Origin: Terracidiphilus sp.
GTDB taxonomy: Bacteria > Acidobacteriota > Terriglobia > Terriglobales > Acidobacteriaceae
Reading direction: 5' to 3'
Assembly (NCBI GenBank): GCA_050012895.1
Contig: JBEKGH010000026.1
Location: 2,190 to 66,189, forward strand
Length of the DNA stretch: 64,000 nt
This document shows, piece by piece, positions 49,995 to 60,469 of the stretch. Each line of letters begins with the position of its first letter. Positions within the stretch are counted from its first letter, which is position 1. Under the pieces are notes generated by a model. It had not been told where the DNA came from. It searched no databases and saw only the letters and a list, made by a program, of their open reading frames with translations. A program made the translations under genes and the position numbers.

Positions 49995-51311
49995 CTACGC
50001 ATACGCCGGTTTCCGCTCCATATAGTGCGCACGCACCGCAAAATCCTCCAACTCCGCCTGGAAGCGCGGATCGGCAATGGCGATCAGCGCATCGGCGCGT
50101 TCGCGCAAGGTTTTTCCGTGCAGATAGGCAATGCCGTGCTCGGTCACAACGTAATGCACATCGGCGCGGGAAGTGACCACGCCCGCGCCCGGCTCCAGCA
50201 CCGGCACAATGCGCGACACCGTGCCGCCCCGCGCCATTGAAGGCAGCGCAATAATGGGCACCCCGCCTTTGGAACGCGCGGCGCCGCGTATGAAATCAAT
50301 TTGCCCGCCAAAACCGCTGTAGGGCCGCGTGCCCAGCGAATCGGCGCACACCTGCCCGGTCACGTCGATTTGCAACGCGCTGTTGATCGCCACCATGCGC
50401 TCGTTCTGCGCCACCACATACGGATCGTTGGTGTAGCTGATCGAGCGAAACTCGAATGCCGGGTTCTCGTGAACATAATCGAAGAGGCGCTGCGTGCCCA
50501 GCACGAACGACACCACGGCCTTGCCGCGATGCAAGGTCTTGCGCTCGCCGTTGATCACGCCGGACTCCATCAGATCGATCACGCCGTCCGGAACCATCTC
50601 GGTATGAATGCCCAGGTCGTGTTTGTCGCTCAAGCAATGCAGAACCGCCTCGGAGATGCCGCCGATGCCGGTCTGCAACGTAGCGCCGTCGGGGATAAGC
50701 GAGGCCACGTTGCGCGCCACGCGCATGTGCATCTCGGTGGCGGCCTCGGCTTCCAGTTCGAGCAACGGCCGGTCGGTCTCCACAATAGCCGAGATGCGGC
50801 TGAGGGGAACGACGGTGTCGCCATGCGTGCGCGGCATCTGCCGGTTCACTTCGGCAATCACAATGGGAGCGCAGCGCAATACCGTCTGCGTGCAATCCAC
50901 CGTAGTGCCCAGGGTCACGAATCCGTGTGCGTCCGGCGGCGACACCTGCATCAACACCACATCGAGCGGCAGGTCGCCGCTCTCAAACAGGCCTTCAATC
51001 TCGCTGAGGAAGATGGGCGTGTAATCAGCGCGGCCATCGCACACCGCCTCGCGCACATTCTCGCCCAGAAACAGGCCGCGATGACGGAAGTGGCCTGCGT
51101 ACTCGGGCCGCGTGTAATCGGCGGCGCCGAGCGTCTTCATGTGAATGATTTCGACGTTGCGAAGCTCGGGCGCCCGGGCCACCAGCGCTTCCACAAGAGG
51201 AGAAGGCGTTCCGCAGCCCGATTGAATCCAGATGCGAGCGCCGGATGCGACGGCTTTGAGCGCCTCCGCGGCGCTCATGCGCTTGCGCTCGGTTTCCTCA
51301 GTCCAGCTCAT
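49995..51311 (-). CDS. acetyl-CoA hydrolase/transferase-family CoA-transferase (4-hydroxybutyrate/succinyl-CoA:acetate type)
   Basis: ...[25 protein letters not shown]...[26 protein letters not shown]...: AcetylCoA_hydro N- and C-terminal domain pattern. Confidence 0.7.
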   Translation of the reverse strand: MSWTEETERKRMSAAEALKAVASGARIWIQSGCGTPSPLVEALVARAPELRNVEIIHMKTLGAADYTRPEYAGHFRHRGLFLGENVREAVCDGRADYTPIFLSEIEGLFESGDLPLDVVLMQVSPPDAHGFVTLGTTVDCTQTVLRCAPIVIAEVNRQMPRTHGDTVVPLSRISAIVETDRPLLELEAEAATEMHMRVARNVASLIPDGATLQTGIGGISEAVLHCLSDKHDLGIHTEMVPDGVIDLMESGVINGERKTLHRGKAVVSFVLGTQRLFDYVHENPAFEFRSISYTNDPYVVAQNERMVAINSALQIDVTGQVCADSLGTRPYSGFGGQIDFIRGAARSKGGVPIIALPSMARGGTVSRIVPVLEPGAGVVTSRADVHYVVTEHGIAYLHGKTLRERADALIAIADPRFQAELEDFAVRAHYMERKPAYA

Positions 51312-51777
51312 CTTGAGCCGCCTCCGCGAATTGCTTGCATCGGCGCCGATATTCGCCTCACAAATCGAGCCTCCGGGAGCTATGCATTACTCCTCTAAGC
51401 CCACTTTATTCTGCACCTTGGCAAAATCTGACTGCAGTGATGGGTGTCACCCCTCCCCTTGCACGTTCGGGGCAGAATTTAGGAGTGAAATTGGCGTCTT
51501 CTCCAGAAACTACCGATATTTAGGTTGCTTTGTGCAAATCTGATGCGATCTTGCACAACTCAACCACAAGGCCCGCAATTTCCGCAGCTGGATGCACGGA
51601 AATTGCGAGATGGCTTTGAGCAACGCGGGCGCGTCGCCAGCCGCAGAGCGGCTTATAGCTGTCTGCTGTCTGACGTCTGCTGTTTGCTTTCACCTTGTGC
51701 TGTGCTGGAATGAGCCGGTTCAGCTTGCACCTGCAGAATGAAGCTAAAAGCTAAGAGCTAAAGGCTAAAAGCTCGAC

Positions 51778-52419
51778 TCAGTTGCTCTTGTTCGGGTTGT
51801 CGGTGGCGATGGACGGCAGATCGAGCGCCACAAGGGCAAACCGGGTCTGACCGTTGTCGGAAGCTTGAAAACCCACAATGTGCTGGTGCCGCTTCGATCC
51901 AGCTTTCAACTCCATGCTATCCTCGCCGGTGCCGTAGTCATGGCGATCAACTTGTACCGTAGTGGTGTTGCTCTTGTCGTCGGCGCAGGTCAACCCGTCA
52001 GAGGTTGCAGTCGGCTTTCCTACCGGGGTGGTGCCCTGGCAAGTGATCACATCGCCGTAGCGGCCCAGCGCCTTCTTGTAGAACGTGACAACCTGATCCT
52101 GCTGGTCCGGGGTTTCATAGGAGACGACGCGCACGCGCAGCTCCCACTCGCCAAAGCCCAGGTGCACGTCCGCCGAATCGTGGTCGTCGCCGTCCTTGTC
52201 CTTCACCAGCGCGGCGCCGGGATACGCCGGCAGGCCGAGATCGGCCGCCGTGGTCTGGTCGGTATTCACATGCACCCCGCCAAAGGGAGTGTCCACCTGG
52301 ACATTCTTCTCTTGGCCGTTGGCGTCCTTGTCCACGTGGATTCTGCATCCAGCCACTCCGGCCGCAAGAGCCAGACAGGCAAGCAGGCCGGCGGCCTTCG
52401 CAATCGGGTTTCTCTTCAT
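51778..52419 (-). CDS. lipoprotein, hypothetical
   Basis: MKRNPIAKAAGLLACLALAAGVAGC: signal peptide with a lipobox Cys. Confidence 0.55.
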   Translation of the reverse strand: MKRNPIAKAAGLLACLALAAGVAGCRIHVDKDANGQEKNVQVDTPFGGVHVNTDQTTAADLGLPAYPGAALVKDKDGDDHDSADVHLGFGEWELRVRVVSYETPDQQDQVVTFYKKALGRYGDVITCQGTTPVGKPTATSDGLTCADDKSNTTTVQVDRHDYGTGEDSMELKAGSKRHQHIVGFQASDNGQTRFALVALDLPSIATDNPNKSN

Positions 52420-52476
52420 GGCAATCGCCCTCTGGCCAAGTTATACGCCAGCCGAAGGAAAAAGGTTCCGGAAAAG

Positions 52477-52506
52477 TGCAGCGCCGGTCTCCAGACCGGC
52501 GCTACA
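52477..52506. repeat. REP element
   Basis: gcagcgccggtctccagaccggcgctac. Confidence 0.65.
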
Positions 52507-52519
52507 AAATAGTCCGACC

Positions 52520-52627
52520 TCAGTGCGTCGACGGCTTGTCTTCCTTGCTGCTGGTGGAGAACAGGATCGACACCACAAACACCGCGAGGATGACAAACAC
52601 AACGAAATACGGGGAAGAAATGTGCAT
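52520..52627 (-). CDS. small 35-aa hydrophobic protein (not in ORF track)
   Basis: AAGGAG RBS 8 nt upstream of the ATG. MHISSPYFVVFVILAVFVVSILFSTSSKEDKPSTH: a single TM helix. Confidence 0.45.
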   Translation of the reverse strand: MHISSPYFVVFVILAVFVVSILFSTSSKEDKPSTH

Positions 52628-52671
52628 CGCGCAGAGCTCCTTGATGAATCCAGATTAACAAATCGAGCATT

Positions 52672-52752
52672 TAGCCTTCAGCTCTCAGCTTTCAGCTCCC
52701 GCATCGGGTCTTAGCTGACGGCTGACAGCTGAAAGCTGAGAGCTTTTTCCTG
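52672..52752. other. long perfect hairpin (18-bp arms agctctcagctttcagct / agctgaaagctgagagct) followed by TTTTT
   Basis: Arms at 52680-52697 and 52728-52745. The loop contains gctgacggctgacagc. It belongs to the AGCT-rich family (see also 1238-1258, 12295-12330, 38186-38212, 51738-51778). Confidence 0.6.
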
Positions 52753-52785
52753 TTTCTTGTTCCCTGTTCCCTGTTCTTCTACTCC

Positions 52786-55700
52786 CTACTCCCTATTGGC
52801 TATTCCCTGCTTTGAATAGTCGACCCGTATCGTCAATATCTCATACGGCTTGATCGGCGCCTTCACCACATCGCCCTCCACCTTGAGCGCATCGCCTTCG
52901 GGCTGCTCCATGAGATTCGTTACCGTCGCTCCCGTCGCCCCCGGCGGCACATGGAACTCCGCAGTCGTCGCCTTCCCCGCCCACTCATACACGCGGAAGA
53001 TCAATCCATTCGCGTCTTCAGCTTTCTTCACCGCAGTCAGCACCACATTCTCCGGCGAGACCGAAGCAAACGAGTGCTCGGCCGGCAGCGAGCCCGCGTG
53101 CGCCGTAGTCACAACCGCCTGGAGCGGGTAGTCGTACTCCCATCCATGGCGCACGGTGAGCGCGTCCTTCCATGTGCCCGCATGCGGATAGAGGGCGTAG
53201 TGGAAGTGATGGTGCCCCTGGTCGGCATCGGGATCGGGCCATGTGGGCGAGCGCAGCAGCGTAAGACGCAGCACATTGCCCACGGCATCGTAGCCGTACT
53301 TGTCCTGGTTGAGCACGCTCAATCCGTAGACTTTTCCATCAGCGCCCGTGCCCGAAAGATCCGCCCAGCGTATCGCCGGAACCTCGAACTGCGCCTTCTC
53401 CCACGAATTGTTGCGCGTGGTGGGCCGCTCGATCGCGCCGTAAGGAATCTCGTACGTCGCGAAGTCGCTAGTGACGGCCAGCGGAAACGCGGCCTTGAGC
53501 AATACATGCTTTTCGTGCCAGTCAATGTCGTTGTCAATGTCGATTTCGCCATTGCTGGTGAGACTAATCGTTTGGATGAACTTTGAGTTCTGCCAGTGAT
53601 ATGTTACGCGAATCGGGGCATTGGCATAACCGGCCACCAGATTCACCGAATCCGCCTTGTCGATGGTCATCGGCGCGACGTCAAGCGTGCCGGGATCGAT
53701 GTTCCAGGCGTCGTAGTTCTTCGGTAGATCTTTGAAGAACTGTAGTTGGTTGCCGCACGAGTTCGGCGCCAGTGTCTCAATGCCACCTTTTTTAATGCTT
53801 GTGATACAGCCTGTGGACTTATCAACCAGAACCGCGACCCCCTCGCCGGAAAGTCCTAATTCCTTTGCGCCGCGCGGGGGCGGAGGCGGCCCACCCGGAC
53901 CCCAATGATTCGTCATCTCGAAAACTTTATAGCCCATCGCGGGAACGTCGCCTGCATCAAAGGAGAGTTCGACAGTGCCATCTGCGTCTCTCGAATACGT
54001 GTAAATGGGAGCCCTTCTGAATTCTTCCTCAGGCAGTTGCGGATCAAGTATTAAATTGCCTACCGCTCCGTTCGGCAAATGAGCCGTCACAGTGACCATG
54101 CCCGAACGGTTCCAGCCGAGTGGGTTGTAAACGACGATTGGAATTCTGTTGGGCGCGCTGGTACTTGTATTGATTCGCTCCACGATGGTCTCCAGCGCCC
54201 CGCTCGAAATCTCATTCGTCGACATGCGCACCCAGTCGTAATCCTTCTGCGCATCCTTATAAATCACGCCGATCCCCGACCCCGCCGCCAGATCATGGAA
54301 CTGATTGAAGAGAACTTTCTTCCAATCCTCGGTCAGCTCGTCCGCCGGATACTTCGCGCCAAACAACCACGCCAGCGAAGAAACTTTCTCCGCGTTCAGC
54401 ACCTCTTCCTCGCTGTCGCGCATGTTCTTCTTGTGCATGGCCTGCGTGGTGTAAACGCCGCGGTGATACTCGAGATACATCTCCGTATCCCACGTCGGTA
54501 TCGCAACCTTCCCCGCCACTGCAACCGGCGCCTCGTAATGCGGAATCGACTGGTAATCCCACGTCCGGCTCTCCGGCGCAATCTCCTGCTCGACCGTCGA
54601 GAAAAAGCTCTGCGCCGTCCCGAACTGGTACTTCGGCGTCACCGGCTCTCCGCCATTCGCGGCGACCGAGGCTGAGGAAGGCGTGGCCCAGCGAAATCCC
54701 TCGTCCAAAATCGCCCGCGTGGGCCCTCCGCCGTGGTCGCCCACGCCGTAAAGGTCCATCATCTCCATCAAGCCCGGCGAAAGCTGGCGCGCGGTGGCAA
54801 GATCGTCGCTCAGCCGCACCGGACCCAGGTCCAGGTTCACGTAGTCGTGCGGAAAATACGTGAGCACCTTCGATCCGTCGGGCGACTCCCACCAGAACAG
54901 CTTGAAAGGCAGCTTGTTGGTGTCGTTCCAGGTCATCTTTTGCGTGACGAAGTAGTCGATGCCGCTCTTCTTGTAGATCTGCGGCAACTGCCACGTGTAC
55001 CCAAACGAATCCGGGTTCCAGCCGATCCGCACGTCGACGCCGTAGGCCTGCTTATACCAGCGCTTGCCCACCAGCAACTGGCGCACCAGCGATTCGCCGT
55101 CGGGCATGTTCAGGTCAGGCTCGACCCACATGCCGCCGACAATCTCCCAGCGGCCATCTTTGATGCGCTGCTTGATCTCACTGTTCAGGGCCGGGTATTT
55201 GTCGGCCATCCATTCGTTGTAGGCCGCAGCCGATTGCGTGTATGTGTAGGCCGGATACTCGTTCATCAACTGCAATGCCGTACCAAAAGTGCGGTGCACC
55301 ACGTCCACGGTTTCGGTCCACGGCCAGAGCCACGCCGCATCGATGTGCGCATTGCCGTCGAGCAGAAACGTGGCCTGCTGCAGCAGCGGTCGCAGCACTT
55401 CAAGCCGTGCCTGTGCCTCTTTCAAGCTCGCGTCAAACTTCGTCTGCCCCTGGGCACGCGCCTCCGCGCTGCCCGCTTCGGCCGCGTCCAGAGCTTGCAA
55501 ATCTACCGCGCCAATGGCCCCATTCAGCGTGGCCATGGGGTCCATCTTCCCCTCGACATCGCTGGGCGCAAGGCTCGGCAGCAGCAGCGCAGCCGAAAGA
55601 AACTCCTCGGCCAGGCTCTGCGGATTAGGCCGGCTCTCGGGAAAATCCACGCGCAGCGTAGCGCCGTTGAAGGACTTCACGTCGATGGTCTCGAGCAACT

Positions 55701-56208
55701 TGACCGCAACCACCACCTTGTCGCCGGGCCGCGCATCGTCGAACAGCACCTCCGGCTCCAGGTCCTCGCCCAGGGCCACGCGGCGGCCGTTGAAGTAGAG
55801 AATCTGGGGGACGGCTCCGTTGGCGTCGGCGTGGAACTGGAACCAGATGCGCGCACCAGTCAGGTCGTAGCCGTTCAGCGTCGCCGGCAGTTGAATGGTC
55901 TGGCGAATCCACGCGGCACTGGTAGAAAATTGCGCGCCCACGGCCGCATCCTGCCAGCCGCTCGCGTCGAGATTCACGGCTTCGCCGTGCGGCAGATCGC
56001 CTTCGTGCATCTTCCACGTGCCAGCGGGCAACTGCGACAGGCTCATCAGCCGTTCCACCACGGCGCGGGACTGCGGCGACAACAACGCAAGGCCCCGGCC
56101 CACTTCGCTGCCGCGTTGCGCCGCGGCAGGCCAGGCAACGAAAAACGCTCCGAGAGAAAGGATGAGGAGCGCAAAAATGCGGCAAGGAAATTTCAACGAA
56201 GCGTTCAT
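52786..56208 (-). CDS. secreted GH38 alpha-mannosidase
   Basis: Signal peptide MNASLKFPCRIFALLILSLGAFFVAWPAAAQ. ...AHIDAAWLWPWTETVDVV...NPDSFGYTWQLPQI...: GH38 N-terminal catalytic-domain pattern. 1140 aa. Confidence 0.75.
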   Translation of the reverse strand: MNASLKFPCRIFALLILSLGAFFVAWPAAAQRGSEVGRGLALLSPQSRAVVERLMSLSQLPAGTWKMHEGDLPHGEAVNLDASGWQDAAVGAQFSTSAAWIRQTIQLPATLNGYDLTGARIWFQFHADANGAVPQILYFNGRRVALGEDLEPEVLFDDARPGDKVVVAVKLLETIDVKSFNGATLRVDFPESRPNPQSLAEEFLSAALLLPSLAPSDVEGKMDPMATLNGAIGAVDLQALDAAEAGSAEARAQGQTKFDASLKEAQARLEVLRPLLQQATFLLDGNAHIDAAWLWPWTETVDVVHRTFGTALQLMNEYPAYTYTQSAAAYNEWMADKYPALNSEIKQRIKDGRWEIVGGMWVEPDLNMPDGESLVRQLLVGKRWYKQAYGVDVRIGWNPDSFGYTWQLPQIYKKSGIDYFVTQKMTWNDTNKLPFKLFWWESPDGSKVLTYFPHDYVNLDLGPVRLSDDLATARQLSPGLMEMMDLYGVGDHGGGPTRAILDEGFRWATPSSASVAANGGEPVTPKYQFGTAQSFFSTVEQEIAPESRTWDYQSIPHYEAPVAVAGKVAIPTWDTEMYLEYHRGVYTTQAMHKKNMRDSEEEVLNAEKVSSLAWLFGAKYPADELTEDWKKVLFNQFHDLAAGSGIGVIYKDAQKDYDWVRMSTNEISSGALETIVERINTSTSAPNRIPIVVYNPLGWNRSGMVTVTAHLPNGAVGNLILDPQLPEEEFRRAPIYTYSRDADGTVELSFDAGDVPAMGYKVFEMTNHWGPGGPPPPPRGAKELGLSGEGVAVLVDKSTGCITSIKKGGIETLAPNSCGNQLQFFKDLPKNYDAWNIDPGTLDVAPMTIDKADSVNLVAGYANAPIRVTYHWQNSKFIQTISLTSNGEIDIDNDIDWHEKHVLLKAAFPLAVTSDFATYEIPYGAIERPTTRNNSWEKAQFEVPAIRWADLSGTGADGKVYGLSVLNQDKYGYDAVGNVLRLTLLRSPTWPDPDADQGHHHFHYALYPHAGTWKDALTVRHGWEYDYPLQAVVTTAHAGSLPAEHSFASVSPENVVLTAVKKAEDANGLIFRVYEWAGKATTAEFHVPPGATGATVTNLMEQPEGDALKVEGDVVKAPIKPYEILTIRVDYSKQGIANRE

Positions 56209-56385
56209 GACGGTTCAACCCTCTGCCGCATTGTAGGGCATGGCGGCGATCGGGCTGGGGGCTGCGTTGGTATCTTGCTCCCTCGCTCTCTTGCTCCTTC
56301 GCCCTATTCCCTATTCCCTACTCCCTACTCCCTGTTTTTCTCCCCCCGCAACCCGCGCAAATGCACTAATCTTGCCTTGTCGCAT

Positions 56386-57267
56386 ATGTCCGGCTATTTT
56401 GCCAAAATCCGGGAAGCGCTTTTTCATGCCTATGCCCACGACATCGTGAATGTGGCGAAGGCCGCGGCCTACTCCGGAATGCTCATGTTTTTTCCTGCCC
56501 TGCTGGTTATCACCACGCTGGTGGCCCAGGTGGAGGAGGGCCCCTCGCTGATGGGCGAAACGCGCGCCGTCCTGGAGCAGTTCGTTCCGCCCGACACCCT
56601 CGATCTCGTGCAGTCCTCCATCCTCACGCACCAGTTCCGCTCCGGCACGGTGATTCTCTCCGCCACCTCCCTGAGCCTTTTTGCGGGCCTCGGCGTAATG
56701 CTTTCGTTCATGGAGGGTTTTCGCCGCGCCTACCGGCTTCCGCCCGAAAGCTGGACCTTCTGGGGACGCCGCGTCCGCGGCCTGATGCTGGTACTCATCG
56801 TGCTGGTTCCCCTGTTGCTGGCTTCGCTGGCCATCGTCTTCGGTCACCAGATCGAATTGTGGATGGTCGATAACGCCGGCCACGACCTGCGCTATTTCGT
56901 CATCTTCATCTCGCGCATGGTGCGCTGGACGGTCAGCTTTGTCGCCATCGTCGCTGTGCTCATCGCGCTCTACCATTTCGGCACGCGGCGCACCGAGCAT
57001 TGGGCCTGGGTAGTACCGGGCGCCATCGCAGGCACCATCATCTGGTTCCCCGCCACACTGGCCTACGGCTGGTACGTCACCAGCGTGGCCAATTACACGC
57101 GCATCTACGGCTCCTTTGCCGCCGGCATCGCCACCCTGGTCTGGCTCTACATCACCTCCTTCAGCGTCCTATTGGGCGCGGAGCTGAACGGCGTTCTCTA
57201 CTGGGAACGGCAGATTCAACTGGCCGGGAATAAGATCGCGCCCGAGCTGGCCCGCGCCTCACAATAA
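56386..57267 (+). CDS. YihY/BrkB-family membrane protein
   Basis: MSGYFAKIREALFHAYAHDIVNVAKAAAYSGMLMFFPALLVITTLVA..., six TM helices. It is the 3' part of the long shadow ORF 54733..57267. Confidence 0.7.
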   Translation: MSGYFAKIREALFHAYAHDIVNVAKAAAYSGMLMFFPALLVITTLVAQVEEGPSLMGETRAVLEQFVPPDTLDLVQSSILTHQFRSGTVILSATSLSLFAGLGVMLSFMEGFRRAYRLPPESWTFWGRRVRGLMLVLIVLVPLLLASLAIVFGHQIELWMVDNAGHDLRYFVIFISRMVRWTVSFVAIVAVLIALYHFGTRRTEHWAWVVPGAIAGTIIWFPATLAYGWYVTSVANYTRIYGSFAAGIATLVWLYITSFSVLLGAELNGVLYWERQIQLAGNKIAPELARASQ

Positions 57268-57455
57268 GCACTTTCCCGTCGCACTTTCCCCGCATCGTGC
57301 AAGTCCCAACTCGGAACGTCTCTGATACGGCCTCATTTCCAACCATTCCTATCCCCGTCCTTCCATTTACAATGGAGTCTGCAGCTTTCCTTTGCCCCTT
57401 TTCACCAAATCAAAAACTTTTTGCCTGAACTTGAATTGCCTCCGGAGCTTCCTCG

Positions 57456-59054
57456 ATGCCCTTTGCCGATCTGAACCTGACGGATTCCCCTTCGCAGCGC
57501 CGCGCTAAAATTGTCGCCACGCTCGGGCCCGCCTCCAACACGGAGTCCGTGATTCGCGACATGATCCTCGCCGGCGTTGACGTGGTCCGGCTCAACTTTT
57601 CCCACAGCACCCACGAACGCAAAGCCGCCGTCATCCAGAAAATCCGCAAGGTGAGCAAAGAGGAACGCAGGCCGCTGTGCATCCTGGCCGACCTGCAGGG
57701 GCCCAAAATTCGCACCGGGCTGCTCAAGGATCATCAAGCCGTGCTGCTCAAGGCGGGCCATCGGCTCGTCATCACGACGCGCGAGGTGCAGGGCACGGCA
57801 TCGCTTATCGGCACCACCTTCAAGACTCTGGCGGAGAATCTCGAGCAGGGCTCGCGCCTTCTGCTCTCCGACGGACTCATCGAGTTGCGCGTCCATGAAG
57901 TGAACGGCGAGGATGTGGCCTGCGATATCGTCAACGGCGGCATGCTGGGAGAACACAAAGGCATCAATCTTCCCGGCGTCCTGGTGCGCACGCCCTCGCT
58001 CACGGAAAAAGATGCCGAGGATCTCGAATTCTCGCTCAATCACGGCGTCGACGCCATCGCCGTCTCCTTTGTGCGCACCGCTGAAGACGTGAGCCTGGTG
58101 CGCAACCGCGTGGCCGCGCTCGGCGGCCACACCTGGATCATCGCCAAGCTGGAAAAGCCGCAGGCGGTCGAGCATCTGGAGGCCATCCTGCAGGTTTCCG
58201 ACGGCATCATGGTGGCCCGCGGCGACCTCGGCGTGGAAGTTCCGCCGGAGAAGGTGCCTGCCATTCAGAAGTACATCATTCGCCGCGCCGCCGAGTACTC
58301 CAAGCCCGTCATCACGGCCACGCAGATGCTTGAATCCATGATCGAGAATCCGCGGCCCACGCGTGCCGAGGTTTCCGACGTGGCCAACGCCATCTACGAC
58401 GGAACCGACGCCGTCATGCTCTCCGGCGAGTCGGCCGTGGGCAAGTATCCCGTGGAATCCGTGGCCATGATGTCGCGCATCGTCACCGAAACCGAGCGCC
58501 ACATCAAAGAGAACCTCGGAACCGGGGCCCGCGAACGCCACACCCATCTCTCCATCGCCGAAACCATCTGCGAAGCTACGGCTCACGCCGCCGACGATCT
58601 CGACCTGCGCGGCATCGCGCTCTTCACCGAGTCCGGAGTCACAGCGCGCCAGCTTTCCAAGTACCACCCTTCAGCGCCCATCTTCGCGCTCAGTCCCGTT
58701 GAAGTCACCGTCAACCGCCTCAACCTCCTCTGGGGCACCACCCCGATCCGCTGCCCCAAGGCCAACACCACTGAAGCCATGGTCGACCTTGCCGAGAAGC
58801 TGCTGGAAAAGGGCGGCTACGTGCGCCCGCGCGAGGTGATCGCGATTGTGGCCGGCACGCGCACCAAGTCCGGTTCCACCAATTTCCTGCGCCTGCACGT
58901 GATGGGCGAAAACGCCGCCTCGCAGACCCATCCACCCGCGGCCGCACAGAGCGCGCCCGCAGGCAAAAAGCACACGGCCCGCTCCGCGCGTTCCGCTGAA
59001 GCGCAGAAGCCGGAATTCTCCGAGGCCGCAAGATCCCTCTCCGCAAAATATTGA
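57456..59054 (+). CDS. pyk: pyruvate kinase with a ~55-aa low-complexity C-terminal tail
   Basis: IVATLGPAS...VVRLNFSHS...MVARGDLGVE...SGESAVGKYP. Confidence 0.9.
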   Translation: MPFADLNLTDSPSQRRAKIVATLGPASNTESVIRDMILAGVDVVRLNFSHSTHERKAAVIQKIRKVSKEERRPLCILADLQGPKIRTGLLKDHQAVLLKAGHRLVITTREVQGTASLIGTTFKTLAENLEQGSRLLLSDGLIELRVHEVNGEDVACDIVNGGMLGEHKGINLPGVLVRTPSLTEKDAEDLEFSLNHGVDAIAVSFVRTAEDVSLVRNRVAALGGHTWIIAKLEKPQAVEHLEAILQVSDGIMVARGDLGVEVPPEKVPAIQKYIIRRAAEYSKPVITATQMLESMIENPRPTRAEVSDVANAIYDGTDAVMLSGESAVGKYPVESVAMMSRIVTETERHIKENLGTGARERHTHLSIAETICEATAHAADDLDLRGIALFTESGVTARQLSKYHPSAPIFALSPVEVTVNRLNLLWGTTPIRCPKANTTEAMVDLAEKLLEKGGYVRPREVIAIVAGTRTKSGSTNFLRLHVMGENAASQTHPPAAAQSAPAGKKHTARSARSAEAQKPEFSEAARSLSAKY

Positions 59055-59109
59055 CTGGCTGCTCTCGATCGTCGGTTCCCTGCAGCCAGGCCGGCCCTGC
59101 GGCCGAACC

Positions 59110-60192
59110 TCATTCTTGCGATGGCAGCGTTTTGAGTTCCCGCAGGAACGCTTCGACACGGGCGTGGTTCACGCCGAGAGCCCGTTCCAACCTCAGAGTA
59201 ACCGCGGTCCCCGCGTCCTCCTCTTTTTCCAGGATGAATTCCAGGCCGACACCATCGCGTCCCCACCGAACCGCTTGTGCATTAACAGTGAGGGTTCGCT
59301 CAGCCGTTGGATGATCCCGGTCTGTCAAGGTGACTCGGACCACCGTGCCGGGGTACCAGCGCTCATTGGTAACGATGTACATCCCCGTCAAACTGATATC
59401 ACGCACCTCCTGCGCCATCGGAGTGCCGCCGGTGAAGAAATAGGCAATCAATCCCGGCAGCTCCTCCCGCAGGGCCACGCGGGGGTCGACAGGATCTCCC
59501 AGCAGCAGGTTCGTGAGCCAACTCCTGGTTCCCAGCCTCTTCTTCCAGGCACCGGGTTCGATAGGCAGTGAGGCCGCACGCTCTTCCGCGCCGGCCTGTT
59601 CCCCGCCAGCAATCTCTGCCTTTGCGGGTGTGGACTCAATGGGCGCCTCAGCCTTTGCCCCCCTCATTCTCTTCAAATACTGCTTCATCTCTTCGGTTTC
59701 GGCGATGATCAACTGATCGCCGGCCCTCATCTCTCCCTTGGCCACGGTCTCTGCCGGAAGGGTGAGCAGGCTGCGGGCTTTTGCACTTGAATCGGGCAGG
59801 CTGGCGAGGGGAAACGACTCAACGGTGGCAAGAACCACACAATCGTTGTCCAGGAAGACCAAATCCACCGGAAAGCGGATGCTGGTTGGAGAGATTTCCA
59901 TGTACGGAAGAATCCAGAGCCCGGCGCCGGCGTCCTGTCCCAGGGCTCGCAGGCCCGCTTCTACGCCGCCAGACGAAGCGTCGGCAGCTTTTACATCGGT
60001 AGCCACGAATTTTACATCGGTGGCCACGAACCGCTCACCGGTTTGGTTGTAAACACAATATTTCTCTTGATTTGCCGCGGAGCCTCGCGTCGGCGCAACC
60101 ATGGGCGCCGCGTCTTGCCGAGCGGCCACTGGTCCCGCTGGTCTAAAATGCCGGATCTCCCCCATAGGTATCCTGTTCTTTATTATCCTCAA
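59110..60192 (-). CDS. DUF192-like N-terminal domain + PilZ-like C-terminal domain protein
   Basis: LWILPYMEISPTSIRFPVDLVFLDNDCVVL (DUF192-type PLDxxFLD). PRVALR(ELPGLIAYFFTGGTPMAQEV)RDISLTG fits RxxxR...DxSxxG of PilZ. Internal direct repeat ERFVATDVKFVATDVK. Start codon uncertain. Confidence 0.45.
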   Translation of the reverse strand: MRIIKNRIPMGEIRHFRPAGPVAARQDAAPMVAPTRGSAANQEKYCVYNQTGERFVATDVKFVATDVKAADASSGGVEAGLRALGQDAGAGLWILPYMEISPTSIRFPVDLVFLDNDCVVLATVESFPLASLPDSSAKARSLLTLPAETVAKGEMRAGDQLIIAETEEMKQYLKRMRGAKAEAPIESTPAKAEIAGGEQAGAEERAASLPIEPGAWKKRLGTRSWLTNLLLGDPVDPRVALREELPGLIAYFFTGGTPMAQEVRDISLTGMYIVTNERWYPGTVVRVTLTDRDHPTAERTLTVNAQAVRWGRDGVGLEFILEKEEDAGTAVTLRLERALGVNHARVEAFLRELKTLPSQE

Positions 60193-60469
60193 GTTAAGCC
60201 CTCCGTCTACGTGCGAAAAGACATTTCTTTCGCCCGCACCTCGTAGGCCAACCTTGCGGCTTGGCGGTATCCCGTGGCGGGATTCTTAGCCGTTTTCGGA
60301 GGGCCACTGCACAATTCCCGCACCCGGCTTTCTTGGTCCCTCGTCCCCGCTTTCTTGGTCCCTCGTCCCCTCGATCCCTTGGTCCCTTGGTCCCTGCATT
60401 CGGAGTATCCTTAGACGTCCCCGAAAATGTGGGCCGAATGGGGTCCAGTCCCCGGCCATGGGAGGAAGT

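Noticed and set aside
54733-57267. 844-aa + strand ORF
   Set aside because: All but the last 294 codons are the antisense shadow of the GH38 mannosidase in high-GC DNA. Only the 3' part (56386..57267) is a real gene, the YihY/BrkB protein.
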